DNA of 56,819 nt, the filler included, from Dugesia japonica (lineage: Eukaryota), in assembly GCA_001938525.1 (NCBI GenBank). It is 6 parts of 6 records of this genome, joined end to end, with 100 filler letters (N's around TTAATTAATTAA, not from the genome) between each part and the next. Parts side by side here need not be neighbours in the genome. Positions count along the whole stretch, not along the records: positions 39,609 to 47,931 come from MQRL01611224.1; positions 48,032 to 56,819 come from MQRL01644011.1; 4 more parts are not named here. One strand, given 5' to 3'. The position numbers and the translations under genes are program-made. The notes under the pieces are model-generated. The model saw nothing but the letters and a program-made list of their open reading frames with translations, did no database searches and had not been told where the DNA came from. Of this stretch, positions 40,190-52,992 are shown piece after piece. Within the stretch, counting starts at the first letter, position 1. Each line of letters starts with the position of its first letter.

Positions 40190-40820
40190 ACACCGTGATA
40201 TATATATATATTACACCGTGATAATCCCGCCAAAAAAGCATCATTATCCGTAAGGGATGAAGTCCTGCTTTAGCGGTAGGTATTGGCTCCTGTCCAGGTG
40301 TTAGCCACTGCTTATTTCTTTTAATATTAACGTAGCACACCGAATTTGCATTGCCTGTCACAATTCTTTTTAAAACGTTTTCTTTCTTGAATCTGAAGAG
40401 AAGAGAAGAGCAAATGAGCAACCTGTTCGGTTTGCTGCTTTCACTTAAGCAATAAAGAACTCGTGACCCTTCTTTACTTACTTTGCCTAACTGGTGAAGA
40501 TGAGTGGCAATAGTGGTGTGAGATACATGTAAACAATCTTCTAATTCTCGTGTTGTAAGCCTTGGTTCTTCTTCGATTTCAGCCAAAAGGAGCATCGTCA
40601 TCAAAATTTGAATAACTTCCTCTTCTACTTTCCGATAAATCATAATCCCCTCTTTTGAACTTTTGTAACCATTTTTTGCATTTGTTCAGTGATAAACCTG
40701 AATCGGGATAAACAGATAATATGATTTGAAAGGCATTTGAGGCAGTTGATCGTTTTCTATACTCACATAATATACAATGACGAATATGAATTTCTTCGGC
40801 TTTTATCTAAATATTTCATT
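40190..40820 (-). mobile_element. Mariner transposase 5' remnant
   Basis: ORF 40188-40643 PRLTTREL...HLHQLGK...RIVTGN...QWL.PG....TAK.GLHP. Confidence 0.9.
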
Positions 40821-40989
40821 TAAAATTTTATTAATTGATTTCATATAAAGATCAAAAATTAAATTATTAAAATAGTATAGTTAAACAAAATGTTAGAAAA
40901 CAACATTTTAAAATAATACAATATTTTGATTAGTGTTCACAATAATTTTTAAATTGGTTTTTTAATAAATTGTATTAGTTGTTTTTTGA

Positions 40990-42550
40990 ACTTTACAAGT
41001 AATATTTCCTTATATTCTCATTCTTAAGAAACTTTCTACGTTTTTCCACATTTCTTTCCAATCGCTTTTCATTTTCTCCATCTACCGCATACCAGTTTTT
41101 GTGAATTTTCTCAATTATTCGATAAGGACCTTCAAATGTGTTTAATTTTTATTTCTTGTTTTTACCTTGCTGGGGACATAATCTTCCACTTTGAATTCTC
41201 TATTAGTAATCACGTCTGAAATGTTTTTTTAGTTCTCTCTAAAACTTCTGATTTGTACCACTTTTCGCTGCTAATTTTCTTTCCAAATACGATCTCAGGT
41301 GGGCTCTTTCCAGTCGTCTTCTGCTTTCTTTTATTCATCGTAAATTATATTTCCGATAAAGATCTACATAATTTATTGCCTTTCTTTTCTGAAGTATGGT
41401 ATTAATTAAAAATGGAATTGTCCAAAACGGTCTTTTAATTTTTCNGTTTTCACTATGATGATAAGGGCTTGATAAGCAAAGTTTGATATCTAAATTCTGT
41501 ATAAACTCTCATAACTCTGGAATTAAAAGTTTTCCCACAATCTTGTCATTTTTCTCTTATATCCACTTTTCAAGAATGGCTTTGCATTGGTCCACATATA
41601 TCTACTTCAAGCAAATTAATAGCTTCTAATCTAATCTTCTCTTTAGTTGATGTCATCACTACATTGGTCTTCTGGCAAACCTCACAGGTACAAATTATCT
41701 ACTGTATTTGGCTCCACAAATTCTTCGCAAAGTATTTGTCTCTTATTTATTCGTGCACCTTATCAACTCCTGCGTGACATAGTAATTTGTGTATTTCTTC
41801 GATTTTATTTGTATTTTGTATTCCAAACTTTTTATTTTCTCGATTAAATCTTTTTTNNNNNNNNNNNNNNNNNNNNNNNNNNNNNNNNNNNNNNNNNNNN
41901 NNNNNNTTTCTGAAGTATGGTATTAATTAAAAATGGAATTGTCCAAAACGGTCTTTTAATTTTTCCGTTTTCACTATGATAATAAGGGCTTGATAAGCAA
42001 AGTTTGATATCTAACTTCTGTATAAACTCTCATAACTCTGGAATTAAAAGTTTTTCCACAATCTTGTCTTTTTTCTCTTATATCCCCTTTTCAAGAATGG
42101 CTTTGCATTGGTCCACATATATCTACTTCAAGCAAATTAATAGCTTCTTATCTTCTCTTTAGTTGACATCATCACTACATTGGTCTTCTGGCAAACCTCA
42201 CAGGTACAAATTATCTACTGTATTTGGCTCCACAAATTCTTCGCAAAGTTTTTGTCTCTCATTTATTCGTGCACCTTATCAACTCCTGCGTGACATAGTA
42301 ATTTGTGTATTTCTTCAATTTTTTTTGTATTTTGTATTCCAAACTTTTTATTTTCTCGATTAAATCTTTTTTTCGGAAATGTCTAATTGCTCTTTTTTCC
42401 TTTCCTACTGTGTTCAGTACTAGTCTTCCTTTTCTTGGAATCTTTAAGTGACATTTGCCATTATACACATACCTCACATTTTAGTCTAGATAATATATCA
42501 TCATTATCATGTTGAATTCCATTTATATATTCTAATACAGGTCTTGCCAA
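40990..42550 (-). mobile_element. Gypsy integrase remnant (partly duplicated across a gap)
   Basis: EVDICGP, SPYHHSENGK and FEGPYRIIEK motifs. Confidence 0.85.
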
Positions 42551-42957
42551 CATGCGTTATGCAGTAACTTTTTCTGAAACTATAATTATTTTTGTAAAAA
42601 TATTTTAATAAATGAAAATTGGTGTGTTTCTTTGATATAATGCGCAAACATTAAATTTTAANNNNNNNNNNNNNNNNNNNNNNNNNNNNNNNNNNNNNNN
42701 NNNNNNNNNNNACATTTGCCATTATACACATACCTCACATTTTAGTCTAGATAATATATCATCATTATCATGTTGAATTCCTTTTATATATTCTAATACA
42801 GGTCTTGCCAACATGCGTTCTGCAGTAACTTTTTCTGATACTATAATAATTTTTGTAAAAATATTTTAATAAATGAAAATTGGTGTGTTTCTTTGATATA
42901 ATGCGCAAACATTAAATTTTAATTAATAATAAAAAAAACTTTGATTTTGGGTATTTA

Positions 42958-43905
42958 TTAGGTCTACAAGTTGAAAAGAGACCTGGTCAATCAAAGAAGA
43001 CCTTGAAATTTTGTTAGGTAAACAAGTATGTAGGACGCAAGCAGAGCTCGGATACAACTCGGAATTACTCAACAGGCGATATCTCTTCGACTAAAACAGC
43101 TAGGAAGAATTCAAAAAGCTTGCAGGTGGATGCCTTATTATCTTACTCCAGAGAACAAGGAAAGGCGATACAAAACTGTAGTATCCCTATTAACCAGATT
43201 TAAGAAGGATTTTTTTCACAAGATCATTGCGGAGGATGAAAAATAGATATATTACAATAACCCCAAACGAAAAAATCCTAGGTTCTTCTAGGTAAACTAT
43301 CTTCGGCTATTTTGAAGCGCAATATCCACGCAGTCAAATTTTTCTGTGCATTTGTTGGGAATGCTTGGGAGTGGTCTACTATGAGTTTCTGAAACCAGAT
43401 GAAACAGTCACATCTGAAAGGTACATAAGTCAATTAAGTCACCTGAAAAAAGCGCTTGAAGTAAATAGACCATTTATTGGCGTTGGAAACAGGCCTGTTT
43501 TTCTTTTGCATGACATTGCCCGACCACAAACATCAAAGATCACTGTGCACCATCTTTCCTTTTTGCGTCGGGAAGTTCTTCCTCATGCGGCTAACTCCCC
43601 TGATATGACACCATCAGATTATTTTTTATTCATGTCTCTTTAGCATCACCTGGCTGATTTGCAGTTTAGAATGGTTGATGATGTCCAAAAATCAATCTGC
43701 AATTTCATAGATTCGAAATCGTCATCTTTTTAATGGACCGGAATCCGTGAGCTACCTAAAAAATGGCTAAAATGCATTAAAAATTATGTAAATTATTTCA
43801 TAGAATAATTTGTAGTTATATCTTGTATAAATATATACATATTTTATAAACATTTTGAATTATAATATTATTAAAAATAGGCACCTTTTCAACTTGTAGA
43901 TCTAC
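42958..43905 (+). mobile_element. Internally deleted mariner element
   Basis: TIRs TTAGGTCTACAAGTTGAAAAG / CTTTTCAACTTGTAGATCTAC with TA flanks; ORF 43365-43643 LLHDIARP...NSPDMTPSDYFLF. Confidence 0.92.
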
Positions 43906-43989
43906 TATTACTAAATTTTTAAAAAAACATTTTTATTTTAAGTGCGGCTCGTTATAATGTTACAAAATAATCAAATGGCCCGTAAAAAC

Positions 43990-45130
43990 TGGCCTGCTTT
44001 AATACCATGTCTAGACTACTGAGATCATTAATCTATGTCTGCAATTGTGACGTAATTGGTTTCTTTCTCGTCATCATAAATGTTACAGCTTTATGATCTA
44101 TTCTAAGAGTAAACCTTCTACAGTACACGTAATGTTTGAAATGAATGCAGAAATAATAAATATCCAATAACTCTTTTCGTGGGATGCAGTATCCTTTTTC
44201 ATGACCCGTCATAATGTTTGATCCATAAACAACAACTCTTTCTCTTCTTTTTTTATCTCTATGTGACAATACTGATGTAATTGTATCAAAACTAGCGTCA
44301 GTATCTAATATAAATTTTCTGTTTATGTTTGAAAAGTACAATGTTAGCGCAGTCATTAGAGCTTTCAAAAGTGTCGTATATTTCACCTGTTCATTCTAAC
44401 TTTTTGTTACTTGGCCTGCTACACAACTATTCTAAGATCCTTGATTTCCTTGCGTAGTTTTCTATAAACTTCCTGTGGTAATTACGAAGATTTGTTATTT
44501 GTTATTCCTAAGAATACATACATATTCTTAGACCCTTCGTTTTCATTTTCCAAACACAAATCGGTGAGGTATTCCATGGAGAGTGGCATTTCAGTTGCTT
44601 CTTTAATTTTAGCTTTGTAATTCCTTGGTTGTCTGTACAGTTTTACATTGATTAGTTCACCACTTGTGATTATTTTGTGTTTTGTCAGATGTGTGTATAC
44701 TACATCCCATTTATCTGTCATGAAAACATTTTAAAATTAATTATAAATCTTCTTTATTTTCAATTATTTTCAATAAGAGTTGATCGTTTTTAATCTTCAA
44801 AGTAATTAGGGCTCTCATAAATCGCTCTAACATTTTAATTTGTCTGTCAAATTTTGATTCACTATTACAAATGTAATTTTCAACTTTTTCATCTACTTTT
44901 CGTACAAGCTGGTATTCATAGGTTCTCTGCATATCTATCACTTCAATCAGATCTGGTGTCACTCTTTCAGTAACTAAGAAAGTAACCTTTTTGCAAGCTT
45001 CATCAATTGTTACTCCAGTTCTAACTTTCCAAACAATCTCCAGTGAACTATCGTTTGAACAACGTAATCTAGCATCGCTCATTTCTAAATGAATTTCTCG
45101 TAATTTATCAGAACAACTCAAACCCTTGAT
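43990..45130 (-). mobile_element. Gypsy pol fragments (protease tail, RT start, RNase H)
   Basis: ORF 44033-44386 FILDTDAS...GYCIPRKELL; 44482-44721 HKIITSGELINVKLYRQP. Confidence 0.88.
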
Positions 45131-45134
45131 AGTA

Positions 45135-45172
45135 TTTTGAATTTTCGACTTTGCCTTCGTCAGTAATTAACT
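45135..45172 (-). repeat. Isolated head of the hammerhead repeat family
   Basis: Minus strand CTGACGA-A-GGC aaa GTC-GAAA-ATTC; stem I is poor. Confidence 0.6.
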
Positions 45173-45298
45173 ATTTTTTTAAAAAAAATAAAATATATAT
45201 GAAAAAATGAAAAACATATTTTNNNNNNNNNNNNNNNNNNNNNNNNNNNNNNNNNNNNNNNNNNNNNNNNNNNNNNNNNNNNNNNNNNNNNNNNNNNN

Positions 45299-45355
<57 letters not shown>

Positions 45356-46019
45356 TTATAATGAATATTATTATTATTATTATAAAGAAATAATTAATAA
45401 TTTAAGCCAATAAAAACTAATTAAAATAATAATAATTCATTTTATTCAGCTATAGTTATCTAATCAGTTATGCTAAAGCAACTGTTCCCACCATTTGTGT
45501 AGTAATTATAAATTATTAATTTCAATACTGCTCTAACTGTTTATTTAAAAATTTTGTAACATAATTTTCTGGGTTTTTTCAAAGCCGAAGCTAAAGTCTC
45601 ATTCCAGATCCCAAATTTGGAGGCTCATATGTAAACTGTGGGATTATTTATAGTTTATAATCTTGAGAGTATAATTCAATATCTAATCTTAATACTTATA
45701 TAATCTGAAATTTGAATTTTAAATATTGAAATTACCTATTTATTAACTTTTAATAATTTTTATTTTCAGTTAACAGTCCATAAAAATATGAAAAACAGAA
45801 AGAATAGTGTTTATTGTTTACTGGCAATTTACAAGAAAATTGAAGATAAAATTTGGCCGTATTTGAAAAACTTTGATAAAAACAAAGTACATTTTAAATT
45901 TATTAAATTAAAAATTTACAAAAAATTAACAAAAGAAAAGTGTAAATAAATTAAATTAGAACATAAATATCAATTAACAATGACTTTGTTTACGATTGAA
46001 TGATAAAGTTACTAAGAAA

Positions 46020-46600
46020 ACTAAGACAACCTGTTGAAGAATACAAAGAATTAAAAAAGTTGGTTTTCTAAAAAGTAAAATTAATAATTGTAGAAAGGAA
46101 GTAAAAAGTAAAACGCATTAAGACTTGGATGATGACTTAGAAAATAATAGAAAACCAAAGGTTATGATTAAAGTAAGAGCAAGGTAATACTTGATGAGGT
46201 GATATACTAGGTCATCAAGGTCAAAAGGATGATATACATCTGTACATCTTGGTATTTATAGACTTGTATGCTAGATATGCTTTTTGTGAACCCATAAAAG
46301 ATATGCCATATAGTATATGCCATATACTTTATCAAATTCTTACAATAAATATTCAGAGTCAAATGGAAAACCTAAAAATAAATTGTTTGATTAAAAACAA
46401 CCGTTTAAACAAAGAAATTTAAAGAATCTTTTAGAAAATAATAGTTTTCACTTGTTTTATATTAGAATTAAGTTTGTATTCGTTTTAAAACGTTTTACAG
46501 AACAAAGGAAATAATATTTGTAAAAATTTAAAATATGTGATGAAGTAAGAATAATAAAAACTGTCTTGTTATTAAAGCTTCTATTTTCGTAAGTGATTTT
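46020..46600 (+). pseudogene. Polinton/Maverick-type retroviral-like integrase remnant
   Basis: LYILVFIDLYARYAFCEPIKD and C-terminal KFKICDEVRIIK match the Polinton integrase motifs Y.L..ID.FS.YA...P.K.K and KF..GD.VRI.K. Confidence 0.7.
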
Positions 46601-46789
46601 TCTTTTTCCTGAACTCATGGGGATTAGACTGGTTTACAAAAAATTAAAATAATTAGATATAAATATCCAGGTTCTTTTTAAATATTGAATACTTAATTGA
46701 TTTTTTTCAAATAATTAAACTTGACAAAATTAATACGCAACACAATTAAAACTTAACAAATCTTGTTAATGCAACTTGTTACTGAGTTT

Positions 46790-47022
46790 TATAAGTACAA
46801 TTATTGCGAGAATTATTGTTGGACTTAACCATTGATCGCATTTGAGATTTCATTAAAATAATAGGTTCAATCAAAATGTTGTTTTATTTATTTTTTATTT
46901 CCATTTTAGTAGATGTTCGAATTTTTTACTATAATCTTCTTCAGGAATAACTGAAGATTTGATATCTGCCAAAAAAGAAATAAAACAACATTTTGATCGA
47001 AGCTATTATTTTAATGAAATCT
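46790..47022 (-). repeat. Hammerhead repeat family copy with inverted partial duplicate
   Basis: ATTATTGCGAGAATTATTGTTGG...AACCATTGATCG, degenerate CTGAAGAAG head, then inverted TTTTGATCGAAGCT. Confidence 0.7.
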
Positions 47023-48031
47023 TGTCACTGTGAATTAAAAACAGAATTATAAAGTCTCATTTTTAACAGATCACAGAGGATTGAGCTTCGTTTGCTGGGA
47101 GTCAAGCGAATTTCCTTTTGTTGTCATCTCTTACCAGCTGGATCCTATTTTAAGCCACTTTTTCTTGATTAATAGCATTGAGATTACATTGCTCCTACTT
47201 TTTTACTTGTCGTAGATTTCTTTGATGTTTCTTCATGACCTTTCTAATCTGTAAGGTTTAGGAACGCTTCTATAGCAATATCGCGCATAGACTGATTTAG
47301 TAACTTTTTATATATTTTTTTAATCCAAATGAAAAAAGATGTTCTGTAAGGCATTATTTTCGGTCATTTTTTTGTTGAGATGCTTTGGGGATTGTAGCCA
47401 AAGCAAATCAGCAATTGCGTGAGTTTAGTAATTTATTTGTATATCTTAAACAATCCAAGAATATAATATTAAACTTATATATATCTTTCTTATATGAACT
47501 TAATTTGTTTACTATATATATTATATCAGTATAAATAGGCTATATAGTCGACTATAAAAGTGAAAATAATTACTTTAAATAAAACTTTATTAAAACTTGA
47601 ACTAGTTACAATATAATCCTTGTTGATTTTTACCTCACGAGTGTTGTCTCTGTAAGACTCAACTCGATTTGAGATTTTAAAAGTGTGGTGGTAGACTAAG
47701 GTTTAAACAGGTATTTATACCTAAATTTGATGCGTGTGCATCCTTTACATAATTACATAAATTTTCACAAATCCAAAATATTTACANAAAATTATAAAAA
47801 TTATTCAAAATATTTACATAAAATAGATAAAGATAAGAATTATTATAAATAAATTCAAAGTATTTACCCAGAATAAAAATTATCGATAATTCCAATTGAC
47901 AAAGTTCAAAATTAAAGTTTAACAAAATTTCNNNNNNNNNNNNNNNNNNNNNNNNNNNNNNNNNNNNNNNNNNNNTTAATTAATTAANNNNNNNNNNNNN
48001 NNNNNNNNNNNNNNNNNNNNNNNNNNNNNNN

Positions 48032-48401
48032 GACCTCACCGAATAAATTCCCAACTAAATACACAGGGAAAAAGTAACACCATATTACCACTTAAAAAGC
48101 CTAAAACATTTTCCCAATTAAATACACAGGAAAAAAGTAGCCTCTCTTAATCCTATTACATAAAATTTCACTGATGAAATTAATCAATTAATTAATTTTT
48201 CCCAACTAAATACAAAGGAAAAAAGGAACCTCTCTTACGTAATAATTTCGCGACAAGATTAATTACATTATGTAACGCACACAAATGTGTGCCACCGACT
48301 ATTTACATTATAAAAATACAACCTCAGTTATGTAATAATCCGATTACGTCGGGGGGGGGTACTGCATGTGTGCAGAGGTTCACCGCTACTATCCATCTAC
48401 T
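48032..48401. mobile_element. Polinton/Maverick-like right terminus
   Basis: Ends CCGCTACTATCCATCTACT, with a G-run ~45 nt inside and subterminal TTCCCAACTAAATACACAGG repeats. Confidence 0.6.
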
Positions 48402-50736
48402 GACAATATTTCTATAAAAAAAACATATTACTGATGTAGGTTTTCTATAATAAACACATATGTAGTGATAATTTTCTATACAAAATGATAAAAACATAGA
48501 AACTTTCTATATAGCTAATANGCCTATATAAAAAAAGACTTATAAGTAAATATTTTGATAACTAAATAGGGTTTATAAGTGTTTAAAGCTTAAGAGTGAC
48601 GAGGGTTAAAGAAGAAAGAGGGTTAATGAGTATATGTTTTGCATTGGTACCTTGTATTATATGAATTATTTATATAAATCAGATGAAAAATCATAGCAAC
48701 CCTGTTATATAGGGTTAATGAGTGAATTTATACATAGTAACATTGTATTATATGGTTTATGAGTATATTATTTACCTTGTATTAATTACATAGCAAACAT
48801 GTATTATAAGGTTAATGAGTATATTATTTGATAGTTACCTTGCATTATCTACATAGCAACCATCTTTTATAAAGATTCTGAGTGCGTTAATACATAGTAT
48901 CCATGTATTATTTGCATAGTTACCTTGTATTATTTACATTATAGTATTATGGGGCTTACGCGTATATTATTTACAAAACAACCGTTTAAAGATATTTTCC
49001 ATATGTTTTACATAATAATTACATAGGATTTTTTTTTATTTCAATTTTGTTTTTTATTTAAATTTTTTTTGCATCTGGAGTTTTTTGTGTAAATATGAAC
49101 TTTGTAAAATAATTATATTGTATAAATATATTTTTTATTTTGTTTTTTATTTAGTTTTTATTAAGAAATAAGAAACTAAGAAAATACACATTTTAACCTT
49201 TTATTAATAAATACATTTTAATCAACGTTTTGCACACATTTTATTCTCCAGATAGATCCAATATTAATGTCAAATTTTTTGTATCCTTGGATTTCAATTT
49301 TAATCATTCATTTATTCATATTTTGATATCAAACATCATATATCTATTTTCAGGAACATACCTTGAATTAATTAAAAACTCCTGATGCAAAAAAAAATTT
49401 AAATAAAACACAAAATTGAAATAAAAAAAATTTTAATAAAAAAATTTTAAAAAAATATATTTAAAAAGAATATAAAAAAAATTAAAGAAAAAAAACCAAA
49501 AAAAAAAAATAATAATAAAAAATGTTTCAAGAAAATAAAACTTTAAAAAAAAGCAAATTTTAAAAAAAAATTTAACATTAAAACAAAAATTTTATTATAA
49601 CAAGGAAAATACAGCTATATTAAAGAAAAGGCAACATGAAAGCAACTTTAATAAGGAAAATGCCAATTGAATTCAGCTATAACAAAGAAAATACGGCATG
49701 AATTCAATTAAACAAAGAACGTGAGTCATATTTGTGCAACATTAATGAAATGGAAACAATGAAAATGCACGATATATCAAAGTTTTAATAAGGTTTCTTT
49801 AGAATATTATTGGATTTTATAGGTTATCTTTATAGTTTCTGATAGAGATTTAAAAGATTTTATTGGCTTGAAAATGTTTTTAAAGTTCATAAAATAATTT
49901 AATTTTAATAAATTAATAATTAATAAATTTTAAATTTTAAATTATCAATAAATTAATTTTTGTGTAGTTATATTAAATTAAATTATTATTATATATAAAT
50001 TATTTATTTATTTTTGTTTAACTAAGTTAAATAAATAAAATGATAGATGACCTTGANNNNNNNNNNNNNNNNNNNNNNNNNNNNNNNNNNNNNNNNNNNN
50101 NNNNNNGTCACCAAAAATTTTAAAATTCCTATGTAAACCAATGGGAAAATTTTCAAACATTGAATAGAAGTCGACAAAAAATGTTAAAAATTACATAGAA
50201 GTCAAAAAAATATTTCAAAAATTGCATGAAATTACTCCCACAAAAAAGATTTTCAAAAAAAATTTATAAAAAAAATTAAACATTAAAACAAAAATTTAAT
50301 TATAACAACGAAAATACAGCTATATTATAGAAAAAGCAACATGAAAGCAACTATAATAAGGAAAATGCAAATTGAATTCAACTATAACAAAGAAAATACG
50401 ACATGAATTAAATTAAACAAAGAACGTGAGTCATATTTGTGCAACATTAATGCAATGGAAACAATGAAAATGCACGATAAATCAAAGTTTTAATAAGGTT
50501 TCTTTAGAATATTATTGGATTTTATAGGTTATCTATATAGTTTNNNNNNNNNNNNNNNNNNNNNNNNNNNNNNNNNNNNNNNNNNNNNNNNNNNNNNNNN
50601 NNNNNNNNNNNAATAAATTAATAATTAATAAATTTTAAATTATCAATAAATTAATTTTTGTGTAGGTATATTAAATTAATTATTATCATATAGAAATTTT
50701 TTATTTATTTTTGTTTAACTAAGTTAAATAAATAAA

Positions 50737-51023
50737 ATGGTAGATGACCTTGGAAAATCCATAATTTCTCATTATTTCATAATTCAATTACAAAGTAAGT
50801 GACTATTTATTCGTTAATTTATTTTAATGATTTTTTTTATTCTAGATATAAACAAAATGAATTCAAAGAAAAATATTTCAACAAACATGACGAGAAGTCT
50901 TAAGATGGTAAGTTTAATTAATTACTTTATTGTTATTGATTTATCTTTTAGATTGAAAAAATAAATGATGTGTCTAAGGAATTTCATGATAATATGACAA
51001 AGGAATTTATAAAAAGAGGTTAG
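50737..51023 (+). CDS. Small spliced ORF in the Polinton-like arm (exons 50737-50794, 50846-50907, 50952-51023)
   Basis: Two GTAAGT...TAG introns (51 and 44 nt) keep frame: MVDDLGKSIISHYFIIQLQNINKMNSKKNISTNMTRSLKMIEKINDVSKEFHDNMTKEFIKRG*. Confidence 0.55.
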
Positions 51024-51849
51024 ATTTATTAAGATTAAATTTTAGGTTAATGACTTTTATTAATAATTATATGTTAATGATCTTATTTTAATTTGATTAT
51101 AATTTCATTTCATTTTATTTAAATTGTTAAGTTAACTATCCCTACAACTTTTATTGTAATGATTTAAACTTTACATAATATTATCAATATTTTTAGTGTA
51201 ATAATAAGTTAATTTCATTGCAATTTTTATTGTAATGATTTTATTTAAATTGTTAAGTTAAGTATCATTATAATTTTTATTGTAATAATTAAAACGTTTT
51301 ATAATATTATCAATATTTTTATTGTNTTAATAAGTTATTTTCATTGCAATTTTTATTGTAATGATTTTATTTACATTGTTAAGTTAACTATCATTTTAAT
51401 TTTTTTTGTAATGGTTTAAAGTTTAAATAATATTTTCAAATTTTAACTTAATAATTTTTACTTGAACTTAATGATATAACTTAATTATTATGAAAANNNN
51501 NNNNNNNNNNNNNNNNNNNNNNNNNNNNNNNNNNNNNNNNNNTTGTACTATTAAAATCTAATTTACAATTAAGATCTAGATTTAAACAACTGTACATAAT
51601 GACTGTGATTATCTGTTCTATCAAAAATAAATTTTATGTTTTGATTAGTCTTTTCATTTGTCTTTTATATATTATTAATAATATTGTCTGAAAAGTATCT
51701 AATCTTAATATTGTTCGGAGCGATTAATATTGATGTTAATATTGGTCGTAGGGAAATTCACTTCAAAATTTGAAAATATAAACTTTAAAACTTAAAATAT
51801 AAAATTTAAATATTGAGTATCCTCGGGGAATTTTAAGTTGAAGTTTATC

Positions 51850-52310
51850 AGATGACCTTGAAACATTTCGACTAATCAGATTGCACGATACTATATCACT
51901 TTGACTTTGAAACGTTTGGGCCAATTAGAACACAGGATACTGTATCCCTTTGACCTTGAACTACTTCGACCAATCAGATTGCAGGATACTATATCACTTT
52001 GACCTTGGAAAACTTTGAGGAATTTGAACACAGGATACTGTATCACTTTGATCTTGAAACATTCCGACTAATTAGATCGCAAGATACTATATCACTTTGA
52101 ACCTGAAAAACTTTGACTAATCAGATCGCAGGATACTATATCACATTGACCTTGAAAAACTTTGACCAATCAAAATAGGGTATACTGTATCAGTTTGACC
52201 TTGAAAAGTTGACCTTCAAAATTTCCACCAATCAGAATGGAGTGTACTAGATCACGGACCAATCAGAATCAAGTATACTGTATAAGTGACCTTGAAAAAA
52301 TTTGACCTTG
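51850..52310. repeat. Subterminal ~48-49-bp tandem repeat, about 9-10 units
   Basis: Unit approx. CCAATCAGATTGCAGGATACTGTATCACTTTGACCTTGAAAAACTTTGA. Confidence 0.9.
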
Positions 52311-52354
52311 AGGGGGTGAGGAGGGGTGATACAGTGCGCTACTATATATCTACT

Positions 52355-52516
52355 TTTTAATAAATTCTTTAGATCATCGCCTCTGCAAAATATTTTTGGC
52401 AACAATCTCTCTGTGATTGCATCGGTGTTTACTGCTGCCACCATGTTAGATGAGTTTGGAGAACTCATCTTATCATTAATATCAAAACTCGATTCCATGA
52501 CAAAATTTATTCTCAA
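52355..52516 (-). mobile_element. Probable gypsy gag N-terminus truncated by the Polinton-like end
   Basis: MSSPNSSNMVAAVNTDAITERLLPKIFCRGDDLKNLL reads directly into the terminus. Confidence 0.4.
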
Positions 52517-52835
52517 ACAAAAACTATAAACATAAATTTGCTTTTTTAAAAATTCATATTTAAAAGCGAAAAATATTAAATATCAGCAGTGGTTAAAATT
52601 TTTTTATTTGAAAGCTTTATTACCAAATTTTGAAATACACTAAAAATACATATTTTATTTATTTAATTTTATATTTTATTCTTCTTATACAAATTTTAAA
52701 TACAAATTTGACTTTAATAAATATCGCCTTAAAACACAAAAAAAATTAAATCTGTTTTAAAAAACTATCTTATATCGCTTTTTCTAGAATTTTTTTCAAT
52801 GGAATATATTTTACTCATTTACTCAATAGAATATA

Positions 52836-52992
52836 AGTTTTACAATCGCAATTATTGCGAAAATAATTGATGGACGTAACCATTGATCGTTTTTCAGAAT
52901 TCATTTAAAATAAAATCTTCGATAAAAATTTGATATTTGGTTTTTTGAGATTAATTCAATATTTTGACTTTGTCTTGGTCAGGAATTGACTT
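52836..52992 (-). repeat. Hammerhead repeat family copy (core mutated) inside a foldback 52630-53200
   Basis: Minus strand GTCAATTC-CTGACCA-A-GAC aaa GTC-AAAA-TATT-GAATT plus the family tail. Confidence 0.8.

Larger units (their letters stand above)
48402..52354. mobile_element. Polinton/Maverick-like arm ending in a right terminus
   Basis: Ends GCGCTACTATATATCTACT; tandem repeat blocks; 48402-48960 is the inverse homologue of 26500-26840. Confidence 0.65.

Noticed and set aside
41388-42921. Tandem duplications 41388-41856/41907-42372 and 42452-42661/42712-42921
   Set aside because: Both abut N gaps and show only a few differences; probably allelic or assembly overlap
47020-47931. Coding-like and LTR-like sequence with a TATA motif
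   Set aside because: No diagnostic protein motif, PBS or paired LTR identifiable
49560-50750. ~500-bp direct duplication in the Polinton-like arm
   Set aside because: Spans gaps; cannot be distinguished from an assembly artefact
51850-52310. CRISPR-like appearance of regular repeats
   Set aside because: No unique spacers, whole units repeat, no cas genes, eukaryotic context
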